Shown: piece after piece, positions 31,198 to 41,688 of the stretch
Layout: each line of letters begins with the position of its first letter
Position numbering within the stretch: position 1 is the stretch's first letter
Assembly (NCBI GenBank): GCA_034520965.1
Contig: JAXHMY010000001.1
Location: 320,001 to 384,000, forward strand
Source: Spirochaetia bacterium
GTDB lineage: Bacteria > Spirochaetota > Spirochaetia > DSM-16054 > Sediminispirochaetaceae
DNA length: 64,000 nt
Reading direction: 5' to 3'
Translations under genes and position numbers: made by a program
The notes under the pieces: generated by a model
What the model was told of the DNA's origin: nothing
Databases searched by the model: none
What the model saw: only the letters and a program-made list of their open reading frames with translations

Positions 31198-31788
31198 ATG
31201 GTAACTATAGCTAAAGTTTTAAGCGGCATATTAAGCATCTACATGATTCTGATTTTTGTCAGAGTATTATTAACTTGGTTCAGCGGGGTATCATCCTACG
31301 GAAAGCCGTATGAGATAATTCGCTCGCTCACCGATCCTTATCTAAATTATTTTCGAAGATTTCGGTTTCTCCAGGTCGGCACAGTCGATTTCTCTCCAAT
31401 TGCAGGTCTATTGGTACTGGTTATCGGCATGAATATTCTCAATCGCCTGGCAATGTACGGTTCAATCTCCCTGGGAATTATCTTGGCAATTATACTCAGT
31501 GCCGTATGGTCAGCAGTATCATTTTTGATGACCCTGTTCATTGTCCTCATTGTCATCCGCTTCGTAGCCTCTCTTATGAGTGCTAATACGGTACATCCCT
31601 TCATTCGGACGATCGATCTACTAATTACCCCTCTGTTGAACTGGATTCACAACACCTTTTTTAAGCGCAGGTTCCTCACTCTGCAGACCGGTCTCGCCAT
31701 CAGTGGAGCCTCCCTCCTGTTAGCCTCCATTGCAGGCAACTATATCGTGTTTCACCTTGCCCGCTTCTTACAGTCACTCCCTTTCTAA
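31198..31788 (+). CDS. YggT-family membrane protein
   Basis: RVLLTWF...LTDPYL..FRR...DFSPI; duplicated YGGT unit. Confidence 0.88.
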   Translation: MVTIAKVLSGILSIYMILIFVRVLLTWFSGVSSYGKPYEIIRSLTDPYLNYFRRFRFLQVGTVDFSPIAGLLVLVIGMNILNRLAMYGSISLGIILAIILSAVWSAVSFLMTLFIVLIVIRFVASLMSANTVHPFIRTIDLLITPLLNWIHNTFFKRRFLTLQTGLAISGASLLLASIAGNYIVFHLARFLQSLPF

Positions 31789-31810
31789 TACGACAATTGG
31801 CTGCGGGCAT

Positions 31811-33892
31811 ATGCTGTTAGGAGAAATTAAGCATTCTATAACAAAACTCAAAGGCATCGGCCCGCGCACCGCCGCACAGCTCGCGGCACTTGATATCATG
31901 TCCGTCGCCGACCTCCTGCTGCATGTGCCACGGGACTATGAAGATCGCTCCCGTATAGTACCTCTAAAGGAGGGGTATCAGGAGGCGACAGTTAATACAC
32001 TAGTTGAAGTAGTAGCTCATGATTTCTTTGGTCCGGAACATAAAAAAACACTAAAGGTGTACGTAAAGGATGAGACCGCTACTGGAGTGCTGGTGTGTTT
32101 CAACCGCAATTTTCTGCAGCATGTTCTAAAAGTCGGGCATCAATTTTATCTGTACGGACAATTCTCATACCGCTTCGGAGACTTGCAGTCAAGCAGCTTC
32201 GAAGCCGAACCGTATCCCTCGGAACACACAAAGTTTGGATCGATTCTGCCGGTGTATCCGCTTTCAGGTAAATTGAACCAGTCTGTACTGCGGAAGGCGG
32301 TACAAGACGCACTAACAACATACGGAAAATATATCGACAACGAGCTGCCGGAGAACATCCGCAGTCATTACCGCTACATGGAAAAGCGAAGGGCTCTTGC
32401 GCAGCTCCATTTCCCTGACTCCCATGACTCTGCCGCCCAGGCGCGGCAGAGCCTGGCCTACGAGGAGTTGCTCTATTTTCAATTAGTAGTTGCCCGCCAC
32501 TCTCTGGCTCGTAAAGACAGTCGCCGCAGCCCCGAAATTCTCCCGGAAAAGCTGCAGCGCAGTTGCCTAGGGAACCTTCCCTTTTCCCTCACCGCCGACC
32601 AGCGCAGCGTACTCACAGAGATCAAACAGGATCTGGACAGTGCACACCCAATGGGGAGGCTCCTGCAGGGTGATGTGGGTTCCGGAAAAACTTTAGTTGC
32701 ATTCTTAGCGGCACTGCCGGTAATCGAAGCTGGGTACCAGGCCGCATTTTTAGCCCCAACTGAGCTTTTAGCCCGGCAGCATGCGGAAAAAGCGGCGGAA
32801 CTGCTGGAGCCGCTGGGGGTGAGAGTTGCTTTTCTCAGCGGCAATGTGGACAAAAATGCACGGAGACCTCTGCTGGATGCCCTCCATACCGGAGAGATTG
32901 ACCTGCTTATCGGTACCCACGCCCTGTTTACCCGGGAAGTGGTGTTTCAAAGCCTGCGCTTTGTCATAATCGATGAACAGCACAAATTTGGGGTAGAACA
33001 GCGCTCCCAGCTGATGGAAAAGGGCTCCGCCCCCGACCTGCTGCTAATGACCGCAACCCCGATTCCCCGAACCTTAACTTTGACATTTTTCGGAGACCTG
33101 GATGTGTCCTCCATCCACACTATGCCGCCGGGGAGGAAAGAAGTTGTAACCCACCTCGCCCGTCAGTCAAATGCCGATAAGGTGTATAGCGCAGTTCGCC
33201 ACGAACTGGAACGCGGGCATCAGGCCTATTTTGTGTATCCCCTGATTCGGGGTACCCTGCTTCGGGGTACAGAGAGAAGCTCTTTGAAAGACGCCGAAGG
33301 GGCTGCCGAGCATCTTAGCTCTGCTATCTTTCCCGATTTTAAAGTAGCACTTATTCATTCGAAAATACGTGAAGAAGAGAAGTTGGAACGGATGCACGCC
33401 TTCTCCAAGGGAGATGTCGATGTTCTGGTATCCACCAGCGTGGTGGAAGTTGGGGTAGATATCAAAAATGCAACATGTATGGTCATCGAGCATGCCGAAC
33501 GCTTCGGACTAGCCGGGCTGCATCAGCTGCGAGGACGGGTCGGCCGCAGCACATTGCAATCTTACGCCTTTCTGGTATACTCCGAAGAGCTTACCGAAGA
33601 GGGCAAGCAACGCCTGATGGTCATGAAACAAAGTAGTGATGGTTTTTTTATCGCCGAGGAAGATCTCAAGATCCGCGGGCCGGGAGAAGTGACCGGCACC
33701 CGCCAGTCAGGTTTTATGCGGCTCAAATTTGCCGATTTAAGTGAAGATCTTACCCTGCTGGATGAGGCGCGCAAGGATGCGTTTCGGATTATTAAGGCTG
33801 ATCCGGGCTTACTGCAGCCGAACCACCAGCAACTGCGGCGTACACTTGAATGCTGTCCGCCCTTTCCGGAAGACACACTGACCGGGGGCTGA
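31811..33892 (+). CDS. recG: ATP-dependent DNA helicase RecG
   Basis: LLQGDVGSGKT, DEQHKFG, MTATPIPRTL, LHQLRGRVGR, DLKIRGPGE. Confidence 0.97.
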   Translation: MLLGEIKHSITKLKGIGPRTAAQLAALDIMSVADLLLHVPRDYEDRSRIVPLKEGYQEATVNTLVEVVAHDFFGPEHKKTLKVYVKDETATGVLVCFNRNFLQHVLKVGHQFYLYGQFSYRFGDLQSSSFEAEPYPSEHTKFGSILPVYPLSGKLNQSVLRKAVQDALTTYGKYIDNELPENIRSHYRYMEKRRALAQLHFPDSHDSAAQARQSLAYEELLYFQLVVARHSLARKDSRRSPEILPEKLQRSCLGNLPFSLTADQRSVLTEIKQDLDSAHPMGRLLQGDVGSGKTLVAFLAALPVIEAGYQAAFLAPTELLARQHAEKAAELLEPLGVRVAFLSGNVDKNARRPLLDALHTGEIDLLIGTHALFTREVVFQSLRFVIIDEQHKFGVEQRSQLMEKGSAPDLLLMTATPIPRTLTLTFFGDLDVSSIHTMPPGRKEVVTHLARQSNADKVYSAVRHELERGHQAYFVYPLIRGTLLRGTERSSLKDAEGAAEHLSSAIFPDFKVALIHSKIREEEKLERMHAFSKGDVDVLVSTSVVEVGVDIKNATCMVIEHAERFGLAGLHQLRGRVGRSTLQSYAFLVYSEELTEEGKQRLMVMKQSSDGFFIAEEDLKIRGPGEVTGTRQSGFMRLKFADLSEDLTLLDEARKDAFRIIKADPGLLQPNHQQLRRTLECCPPFPEDTLTGG

Positions 33893-33939
33893 GGCCGACA
33901 CACCGCTAAATAGACACACCGATAGTAAAGGGAGAACGC

Positions 33940-34488
33940 ATGAGAATAACCGGAGGAATCTACCGCAGCCGAAGAGTTCAATGTCCCCCAGGAGTTATCC
34001 GACCGGCCATGGACAGAATGCGGGAATCGATGTTTTCGATATTAGGTGATATCGGAGGACTTTCATTTCTTGATCTCTTCACAGGCTCGGGAGTAGTGGG
34101 CATTGAAGCCGCCTCACGTGGAGCGGAACCGGTGGTTTTGGTAGAAAAGGACCGTCGGAAAACACCAGTGATTCGTAAAAACATCTCCTTTGTCGAGAGC
34201 CAGATCCGGCTGCTTATACAACCAGCCGAACGCTACATTGCTACGCAGGCATCCCGCCGGGATACCAACTTTGATATCATCTACCTGGATCCACCGTTTA
34301 AATACGAAGAAAAAATTGAACTAATTCGCTCAGTAGCTCGGAGCGGCCTCTTGGCGCCGCAAGGTCGCTGCCTAATTCACCACCCCACACCGGAACAATG
34401 GCCGGAACATATCGAGCAGCTGGAGGTGAGCGATGTAAGGGCCTACGGTGGGTCGACACTTCGTTTTTTTAGATGGATTGAGGCTTAG
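33940..34488 (+). CDS. rsmD: 16S rRNA m2G966 methyltransferase RsmD
   Basis: MRITGG, IRPAMDRMRESMF, LDLFTGSG..GIEAASRGA, LDPPF. Confidence 0.93.
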   Translation: MRITGGIYRSRRVQCPPGVIRPAMDRMRESMFSILGDIGGLSFLDLFTGSGVVGIEAASRGAEPVVLVEKDRRKTPVIRKNISFVESQIRLLIQPAERYIATQASRRDTNFDIIYLDPPFKYEEKIELIRSVARSGLLAPQGRCLIHHPTPEQWPEHIEQLEVSDVRAYGGSTLRFFRWIEA

Positions 34489-34598
34489 TTGCCATAGCAG
34501 GAACATATCAGAATCGTTACCTTAGCGACGGAATCCCTTTCCGCGCTGCTTGGCTTTTGGTATAGTAGAAAGGAATTACCGGTACTAAGGAGGACTCA

Positions 34599-35687
34599 GT
34601 GACGGATTCACGAAAGCGATATTTACAAGTGCCTCAGGGAACGGAAGGAGTTCATCTGGAGGAGGCCTACCGCCACCGAAGGATTACGCAAGAACTCAAT
34701 CAACTGTTTACCCAATGGGGATATCTGCCGGTGGAGACGCCGGTATTTGACTTTTACGATATTTACGAGCCCCTGCTGCGCAGCAGTGCCCGGGATGTGT
34801 ACCGTCTGATCGATCGAGAGGGAGACCTGCTTATGCTCCGTTCCGATATCACCCTGTTTTTGGCCAAACAAATGGGCCTATGGCTGCGGGAAGAAGACCT
34901 GCCGACTGAGGTGCGCTATGCAGATACCATATTGCGCCATCAGAGTGCTGAAGATATTTCCAAAAATGAGTTCTTTCAGACGGGAGCCGAACTAATCGGT
35001 AAAGCCGGCAGTGACGCTGATCTGGAAGTTCTGCTGTTGCTGGAGAGTATCTTTATGAAGCTCGGGGTTACTAGCAGCATTCACCTTGGCTCCCACCAAT
35101 TTCTTACTCTCGCCTTAAAAGAGTTCGATGAAACTGAGCTAAAAGAGGCGGTTCAGGCAATTCGGAACCGGGAACAAAAAAAACTGCATTCAATGATAGA
35201 AACCCACACATCCGTTCGCCGGGCAGATGTTATTACTACTCTGTTCAGCTTCATCGGAAACAGAGAAGAATTCAGCAAGGCGATTATGCACTATGAAGGC
35301 ATTCTGCATAACGAAGAGATAGAATCGCTGCAGTATTTAGCGGAACTGGTCGAGCAAATGGAAGAACTTGGATATGCAAGGGATGTACGAATCGATCTCT
35401 CCGAGATCGGAACTCAGCCTTATTACACCGGTATTGTTTTCCAGGTGTATCAAGCCGGTTTGGATGATGCAGTGGCATCGGGAGGCCGTTACGACAAACT
35501 TCTCAGCCGCTTTGGTTTCGACTGCCCCTCGGTCGGATTCTCGATGATGCTGCGTAAGATTGAAGATCAAGTGGCCGATAGATTCGGTCTGCCTGAAGAT
35601 ATCGTCAAAGTAGAAGGTGAAACCTTTGCAGAGGCTTTTCGCGCCGCTCAGCAGATCCGCAAAGAGGGAGGAATTGCAATACAATGA
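34599..35687 (+). CDS. hisZ: ATP phosphoribosyltransferase regulatory subunit
   Basis: HisRS-like motifs (LRSDIT, EFFQTGAELIG, YYTGIVF, SGGRYD) immediately upstream of a short hisG. Confidence 0.92.
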   Translation: MTDSRKRYLQVPQGTEGVHLEEAYRHRRITQELNQLFTQWGYLPVETPVFDFYDIYEPLLRSSARDVYRLIDREGDLLMLRSDITLFLAKQMGLWLREEDLPTEVRYADTILRHQSAEDISKNEFFQTGAELIGKAGSDADLEVLLLLESIFMKLGVTSSIHLGSHQFLTLALKEFDETELKEAVQAIRNREQKKLHSMIETHTSVRRADVITTLFSFIGNREEFSKAIMHYEGILHNEEIESLQYLAELVEQMEELGYARDVRIDLSEIGTQPYYTGIVFQVYQAGLDDAVASGGRYDKLLSRFGFDCPSVGFSMMLRKIEDQVADRFGLPEDIVKVEGETFAEAFRAAQQIRKEGGIAIQ

Positions 35688-36382
35688 GTTTGAACTTAGA
35701 ATCCGCAGCACCACTTACTATGGCATTGCCGAAGGGTCGTCTCTTTGAGCAAGTACAGGAATATTTTGCCGAAAAGGGTTTCCATTTTAAATTTGAAAAG
35801 CGTCGCTTAGTAGCCCACGATGAAAGCGGCCTGTTAAAGATATTTTTGGTAAAGAACGCAGATTTGCCTACCTACGTGAATCATGGAATAGCAGGTCTGG
35901 GAATCTCCGGAGAGGATGTCTTGTATGAGACAGGGCTGCGCTTCTTTCAATTGATGCAGTTTGATTTTGGCTCAACCGAGATGTGCCTTGCCGCCCGGGA
36001 AGGGTATGGAAAGCCTAATACTATCCGGACGGTGTCGGTTGCCACCAAGTTTCCGCGCTTTGCACGGGACTATTTTTATAGCCAAGGAGTGCCGATACAG
36101 ATAATAAAGCTGAACGGTTCGGTAGAGCTGGCGCCTATTTTAGGCTTAGCACCGTACATAGTCGACTTAGTCGAAACAGGAAACACCCTGCGGGCCAATA
36201 ATTTAGAGGTAGTAGACACACTGAAGAAAATCAATGTGCACCTGATTGCAAACCCCTCCTATTACAAGCTGAACTATCGGCGCATAAACCGATTTGTGGA
36301 AGCTTTGCAGCCTGGGGCACAGAACACTTCTATGGACAGCACCATTGAAAACAGCTCAGAAGCCAAGCGCGGGCAGCTATAA
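35684..36382 (+). CDS. hisG: ATP phosphoribosyltransferase (short form)
   Basis: ALPKGRL, DLPTYV..G...GISGEDVL, VATKFP, LNGSVELAP, IVDLVETGNTLRANNL. Confidence 0.96.
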   Translation: MSLNLESAAPLTMALPKGRLFEQVQEYFAEKGFHFKFEKRRLVAHDESGLLKIFLVKNADLPTYVNHGIAGLGISGEDVLYETGLRFFQLMQFDFGSTEMCLAAREGYGKPNTIRTVSVATKFPRFARDYFYSQGVPIQIIKLNGSVELAPILGLAPYIVDLVETGNTLRANNLEVVDTLKKINVHLIANPSYYKLNYRRINRFVEALQPGAQNTSMDSTIENSSEAKRGQL

Positions 36383-36383
36383 A

Positions 36384-36443
36384 GAAAATAGCCGTATCCG
36401 GCTATTTTCGTCGTTTCGGTTGCCGCTACGCGGCATGCGAAAC
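36384..36443. repeat. Tandem pair of hairpins between hisG and hisB
   Basis: GAAAATAGCCG-tatc-CGGCTATTTTC and GTTTCG..TGCCGC-tac-GCGGCA..CGAAAC. Confidence 0.7.
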
Positions 36444-36469
36444 TAAACAAAAACTAAGGAGATCAAAAA

Positions 36470-37055
36470 ATGAGCAGCCGACTTATAAATATTGAACGGA
36501 GTACCCGCGAAACGTCTATCGCACTTAGTCTCGATTTCGATGCACCCCTCCAATCTGTAGATACGGGGCTGCCCTTCTTTGATCATATTCTCACATCCAT
36601 GGCTTACCACGGTTTTTTCGGACTTACGATTAAAGCTGCTGGGGATGTACAGGTCGATGCACACCACCTGGTTGAAGACGTCGGTATTGCCCTGGGCAGT
36701 GCACTTCAACAAACCGTGCAGCAGTACGGGCATGTGGAGCGTTATGGACAAAGCCTTATTCCAATGGACGAGGCTTTGAGTGAAAGCGGTGATAGATGTA
36801 AGCGGACGCCCCTATTTGGTGTACAGCGCCGACTATCCGCAGGAGTACTGTGGACAATTCCCCACCCCACTGATCCGTGAATTTCTGTATGCTCTGGCCC
36901 ATAACGCACAGATTAACTTGCATGCCCATTGCCGCTACGGAGAAAACAGCCACCATATGGTAGAGGCCCTGTTCAAGGCACTCGGCCGAGCCTTTAAGAC
37001 AGCCTATCGCAGGAGTGATCGCAGTGAACCCTCCTCAACCAAAGGGATTTTATAA
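36470..37055 (+). CDS. hisB: Imidazoleglycerol-phosphate dehydratase, split by a +1 frameshift at ~36783-36785
   Basis: TGLPFFDH, DAHHLVEDVGI, PMDEAL in the first frame; AVIDVSGRPY...GENSHHMVEALFKA...PSSTKGIL in the +1 frame. Confidence 0.93.
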
Positions 37056-37226
37056 ATACTGCAGCCTGACGCTTTTCAGTTTAGCTGTTAGCAAGGCTGA
37101 GCAAGGCTAATTTATGGACTTTTTTAGTAATAATTGATATATTAAACTTAGAAATGGATTTGTAAAAAACCGTATTGTGTTTCATTTCTATTTAAATTAT
37201 ATTACACTTTAACTGTAAACAAAAGA

Positions 37227-37562
37227 ATGAAAAAAGAAGATGCCTTAAGCAAAATGCCGAAAGAAGGATTCCTCAAAATAACACCTTCCGGCACGGGGGC
37301 TCTTAAACCGGAACAAAAAGTTGCTCTTATTCGTAAGGGTAATGCGTTTTTTAATCAAGGTGATATCGACACTGCAAAGCGCATCTTCATCACAACCGGA
37401 TACAGCGACGGTTTAGAGCGAGTCGGTGATTACCATCAACAGCAAGGCGATATACTGGAAGCGCTGCGAATGTACTGGATAGCTCCGGCGCCCGGAAAAA
37501 AGCAGCAGCTTATTGAACAATGCGCTGCGCTGGTGCAGTATTGGATCAATGAGAAAGGATAA
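37227..37562 (+). CDS. Hypothetical protein (short TPR-like)
   Basis: LIRKGN..FNQG.I..AKRIF.TTGYSDGL.RVGD; co-oriented with downstream TPR gene. Confidence 0.75.
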   Translation: MKKEDALSKMPKEGFLKITPSGTGALKPEQKVALIRKGNAFFNQGDIDTAKRIFITTGYSDGLERVGDYHQQQGDILEALRMYWIAPAPGKKQQLIEQCAALVQYWINEKG

Positions 37563-37570
37563 TTGAATAT

Positions 37571-38758
37571 ATGAGTGATTTTGAGAAAGAGCACTTTGAA
37601 CATTCTGAATCTGAAGAATTTTCTGATTCCGAAGAACAATCCGCAATTACTCCCGAAGGATTGAATGAAGAGGAACTAAACCAAATTTCCGAGCTCTCAA
37701 AGCGGGGTTACCAGCTTTTAAAAGAGAATCTTGTGAAGGAAGCGGAAAAGAGCTTCAATCAGATATTAGATATTGATAGCACGAATAATTACGCCCTGGT
37801 CGGTTTAGGGGATGCGGCTCGGAAGAAGCATGAGTACCGTAAAGCTATCGGCTATTATCAGAACTGTCTTGAGAACCATGCCGGCAATAATTACGCCTTG
37901 TTTGGACTTGCCGACTGCTATAAAGCACTGAACAGATATAATGATGCGATAAAAATCTGGGAACAATACCTCCAACACGATGACAACAACGTAACAGTGC
38001 TTACACGAGTGGCCGATGCCTACCGTAAGGTCAAAGATTTTCGCCGTTCAAAAGAGATCTATCTGAAGGTTCTGGAAGTTGAGCCCGATAACCCTTATGC
38101 CTTGATAGGTCTTGGGCACCTGCATTACGACTTTAGGGAGTATGAAGACGCCCTGCACTACTGGGAACGGATGCTCGAGGTAAAACAGGATAATGTCGAC
38201 ATCCGGGTACTGACCAGTTTAGGTAATTGTCACCGTAAGCTCAAAACTTACGATAAGGGGCTTAAGTACTTTCAGCAGGCCTTGGAACTCGAACCCAATA
38301 ACTTTTATGCTCTGTTCGGTTTGGCCGACTGTTACCGCGGTTTAAACAAGCATACCGAATCATTAGAGTACTGGCATAAAATATTAAAACTCGATCCAAA
38401 CAATAAAGTTATTCTTACCCGAGCCGGCGATGCATACCGCAGCATGGGGGATTATGACAATGGAGAGGAATACTACCACGCGGCACTGAATATCGAGTTC
38501 GATATGTATGCAATTCTTGGTCTATCCTTAATCAACAAGGCTCGTGGTAATTACGAGGATGCCATAGATAGTTTGTACGGTTTATTGCGTAATGATCCTA
38601 AAAACCACCGGCTTTATACCGAAATTGCAGAGTGCTATATGGCCTTAGGTAAACGACATAAGGCCATTGATATTCTCAATGAGTTTCATAAGCTGGGCAT
38701 TCGCAATCCCTATGTGGCCAAACTTTTAGAAAGGCTTCAACAAGGCGGGAACATATAG
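37571..38758 (+). CDS. TPR-repeat protein
   Basis: About ten repeats with N.YAL.GL(G/A)D.Y pattern. Confidence 0.92.
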   Translation: MSDFEKEHFEHSESEEFSDSEEQSAITPEGLNEEELNQISELSKRGYQLLKENLVKEAEKSFNQILDIDSTNNYALVGLGDAARKKHEYRKAIGYYQNCLENHAGNNYALFGLADCYKALNRYNDAIKIWEQYLQHDDNNVTVLTRVADAYRKVKDFRRSKEIYLKVLEVEPDNPYALIGLGHLHYDFREYEDALHYWERMLEVKQDNVDIRVLTSLGNCHRKLKTYDKGLKYFQQALELEPNNFYALFGLADCYRGLNKHTESLEYWHKILKLDPNNKVILTRAGDAYRSMGDYDNGEEYYHAALNIEFDMYAILGLSLINKARGNYEDAIDSLYGLLRNDPKNHRLYTEIAECYMALGKRHKAIDILNEFHKLGIRNPYVAKLLERLQQGGNI

Positions 38759-38763
38759 CCATC

Positions 38764-39812
38764 GTGAATTCTCTCCGGACTGTTACCTGCCGAACTTGTC
38801 GAAAAACTCAATATTTCTCCTCGATTCCGTGGAGACCAAATTTTTCAATGGATTCATCAAAAGGGTGTCTCTGAGTTTGAAGAAATGTCAAACCTGCCGG
38901 CTTCCTTCCGCGAGAGGCTTACCGTCGAATACAGCCGTGTGTCTAGCTCGACTGTGGAAACTGTTCAACAGGACAAAGACGGTACAGCAAAGATTACCAT
39001 AAAACTCTACGACAATGCGATAGTTGAGGCAGTTTTGCTTGAAGATGAAAGCGGCCGGAAAACCGCCTGCGTTTTCGAGCCAGGTAGGTTGTTCACTGGG
39101 TTGTACTTTCTGCCGTACCGCTACTATGGGCTTGATTCGCAACCTTTCTGCAGGGGAAATTGTCGAGCAGGTGCTGCACCTAAAACATCAATTCGGCACT
39201 ATAGGCAACGTTGTTTTTATGGGAATGGGCGAACCTCTGCTTAATTTGGATGAGGTAAGCAAAGCCATCGAGGTGTTGCACCATCCTGAAGGTCACAACA
39301 TCGGCATACGAAAAATTACTATTTCCACTAGTGGGATAGTCTCTGGAATAAAACGCCTCGCTGATGAAGGGCCGCATGTACGCTTAGCTCTCTCACTCAT
39401 TACCGCCGATCAGCAGCTCCGGGAGAAACTCATGCCGATTGCAAAAACAACACCCCTTGATGAGCTTCAGTCGACCCTGCAGTATTACCAAAAACAAACA
39501 GGCCGACGGATTACCCTCGAATACGTTCTTTTTCACGGTATCAACAGCCGCCAGGAAGACCTGAGGGCTCTTCACAGTTTCATTCGCTCTCTTAAAGTTA
39601 TGGTTAACATTATTCCTTGGAACCCTGTTGAAGGATTACCATACACTGAACCACAACAGAGTGAAGTTGCCGCCTTTACACAAAAACTGGAGGCAGCCGG
39701 TATCACCACCTCCCGCAGATTCAGGCGTGGCCGCGGGGTAAACGGTGCCTGCGGCCAATTAGCCGTCCCCCGAAACCAACAGCCGCCCTATAAACCCGCC
39801 GACTTCGACTAA
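38764..39812 (+). CDS. rlmN: 23S rRNA m2A2503 radical-SAM methyltransferase, with +1 frameshifts at ~39072-39075 and probably ~38767
   Basis: QIFQW...MSNLP, TACV then SSQVGCSLGCTFC (CxxxCxxC), VFMGMGEPL, GACGQL. Confidence 0.92.
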
Positions 39813-41629
39813 GTCCCTGAATCCTTAACTAGTTTCTTGCAGGCTTGAGGTACCGCCCGAATACGGCGTACTCCGGCAGAGGAGGATTGTTCTTTTTTGA
39901 TCTTAAAGCGGCCTAGTTGTGAGGTATGTTGTACATGTGGTCCGCCACAGACCTCCTTAGAAAAATCGCCGACTGAATACACCTTCACCTGTTCGCCGTA
40001 CTTGCTGTCAAAAAAGGCCAAAGCGCCCTCCTCCTTAGCCTCTTCGAGGGTCATTGTGTGCATCTGCACCGGCACATCTCGCTCGATAACATCATTTACA
40101 ATATCTTCAACCTGTTTGATCTGTTCGGGGCTCATTTTATCTGGATGGACAAAATCGAAGCGCAGCCTTTCCGGAGTAATGTTACTCCCCTTCTGCTGCA
40201 CATGCTCGCCAAGGACCATACGTAATGCCTTATGCAGTAAGTGGGTAGCTGTATGCAGAGCGGTGGTTCTGTCCGACTGGTCAGCCAGGCCGCCCTTAAA
40301 GGTTTTATCAGCTCCCTTTTTAGAAAGTTCCTGGTGCTTTTCAAAGGCTTTTTCAAAGCCCTCTCGATCGATGGTCAGGCCGTGTTCAGCAGCCAGTTCT
40401 TCGGTAATTTCAATCGGAAAACCGAAGGTATCGTATAGCTTAAAGGCTATTCGCCCGGGTATAATTTTCTTCGGATTTTTCAGTAATCCCGGCAGCATCT
40501 TCTCAAACTCATGCTCACCCTTCTTGAGGGTCGTAAAAAAACGCTCTTCCTCGGTATTCAGCTCATGTATAATACTTTCATGGTTATCGGCCAGTATTGG
40601 GTAAGCCTCACGATACATCTTCAGCACTATTTCTGCCAGTTCTGCTAAAAAATGCTGCTCTACGCCAAGCTTGCGACCGTGCCGTACTGCACGTCGAATG
40701 AGCCTACGCAGGATGTACCCCTGCCCCAGGTTTGAGGGCGTGATTGACTGCTCATCCCCCAAGATAAAGACAGAGGTTTTAATGTGATCCGCAATAATTC
40801 GAATTGAAACATCCGTAGTTTCATTCTGATGGTACTTGGCAGCACTGATTCTCTCGATTCCTTCAATAATAGGAGTAAAGACCTCGATATCATATACCGA
40901 GCCCTTACCCTGCAGAATCGCAACAGTCCGTTCAATTCCCATCCCTGTATCTACACACTTTCGCTCTAGGGGAGGGAAAGTGCCATCAGCCTTCTTATTA
41001 TACTGCATGAAAACATCATTCCACACTTCAAAATACTTTCCGCAGGAACAGCCGGGCCGACAATCCGGTCCACAGGCGGCTTTGCCCGTATCGATAAACA
41101 TCTCCGAGTCGGGACCGCAGGGACCTGTTTGACCGGCGGGACCCCACCAATTGTCTTCGCGGGGTAGATAATAAATACGGTCCTCCGGTATACCAACCGA
41201 GCGCCAGGCCTCGGCCGACTCATCATCGCGAGACACATCTTTATCGCCTTCAAAAACGGTTACCGATATTTTCTCGGGAGGAATGCCTAACCACTTGTCG
41301 GAGGTGAGGAACTCATAACTCATTTTGATGGCGCCCTCTTTGAAGTAGTCGCCTAATGACCAGTTTCCCAGCATCTCAAAAAAAGTAAGGTGACTCGAAT
41401 CGCCAACCGATTCTATGTCTCCAGTGCGGATACATTTCTGATAGTTTACCAAGCGGCTGCCTGCCGGGTGATCCTGGCCTAATAAATAGGGGACCAGGGG
41501 ATGCATACCGGCGGTGGTAAACAGTACCGTAGGGTCATTCTCCGGAACCAAGGATTTACCGGAGATTTGGGCGTGATCGTGTTCCTTAAAGAAATCGATA
41601 TATTTTTGTCTAAGTTCGTCTGCTGTCAT
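39809..41629 (-). CDS. alaS: Alanine-tRNA ligase (short form, no C-Ala domain)
   Basis: LFTTAGM, HLTFFEMLGNWS.GDYFK, GPCGPDSE, DTGMGIER, editing HTATHLL...EVCGGPHV, GVRRIRA. Confidence 0.97.
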   Translation of the reverse strand: MTADELRQKYIDFFKEHDHAQISGKSLVPENDPTVLFTTAGMHPLVPYLLGQDHPAGSRLVNYQKCIRTGDIESVGDSSHLTFFEMLGNWSLGDYFKEGAIKMSYEFLTSDKWLGIPPEKISVTVFEGDKDVSRDDESAEAWRSVGIPEDRIYYLPREDNWWGPAGQTGPCGPDSEMFIDTGKAACGPDCRPGCSCGKYFEVWNDVFMQYNKKADGTFPPLERKCVDTGMGIERTVAILQGKGSVYDIEVFTPIIEGIERISAAKYHQNETTDVSIRIIADHIKTSVFILGDEQSITPSNLGQGYILRRLIRRAVRHGRKLGVEQHFLAELAEIVLKMYREAYPILADNHESIIHELNTEEERFFTTLKKGEHEFEKMLPGLLKNPKKIIPGRIAFKLYDTFGFPIEITEELAAEHGLTIDREGFEKAFEKHQELSKKGADKTFKGGLADQSDRTTALHTATHLLHKALRMVLGEHVQQKGSNITPERLRFDFVHPDKMSPEQIKQVEDIVNDVIERDVPVQMHTMTLEEAKEEGALAFFDSKYGEQVKVYSVGDFSKEVCGGPHVQHTSQLGRFKIKKEQSSSAGVRRIRAVPQACKKLVKDSGT

Positions 41630-41688
41630 AGATTAGAATATTAGGCATGGGAAGACGAAATGTCAATACTCCAGTAAATTGTGCCGGA

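Noticed and set aside
34489..34598. His attenuator or T-box leader upstream of hisZ
   Set aside because: No His-rich leader peptide, T-box motif or terminator hairpin seen.
39809..41629. Short AlaRS and alpha2-type GlyRS as novelties
   Set aside because: Both forms are established for spirochaetes.
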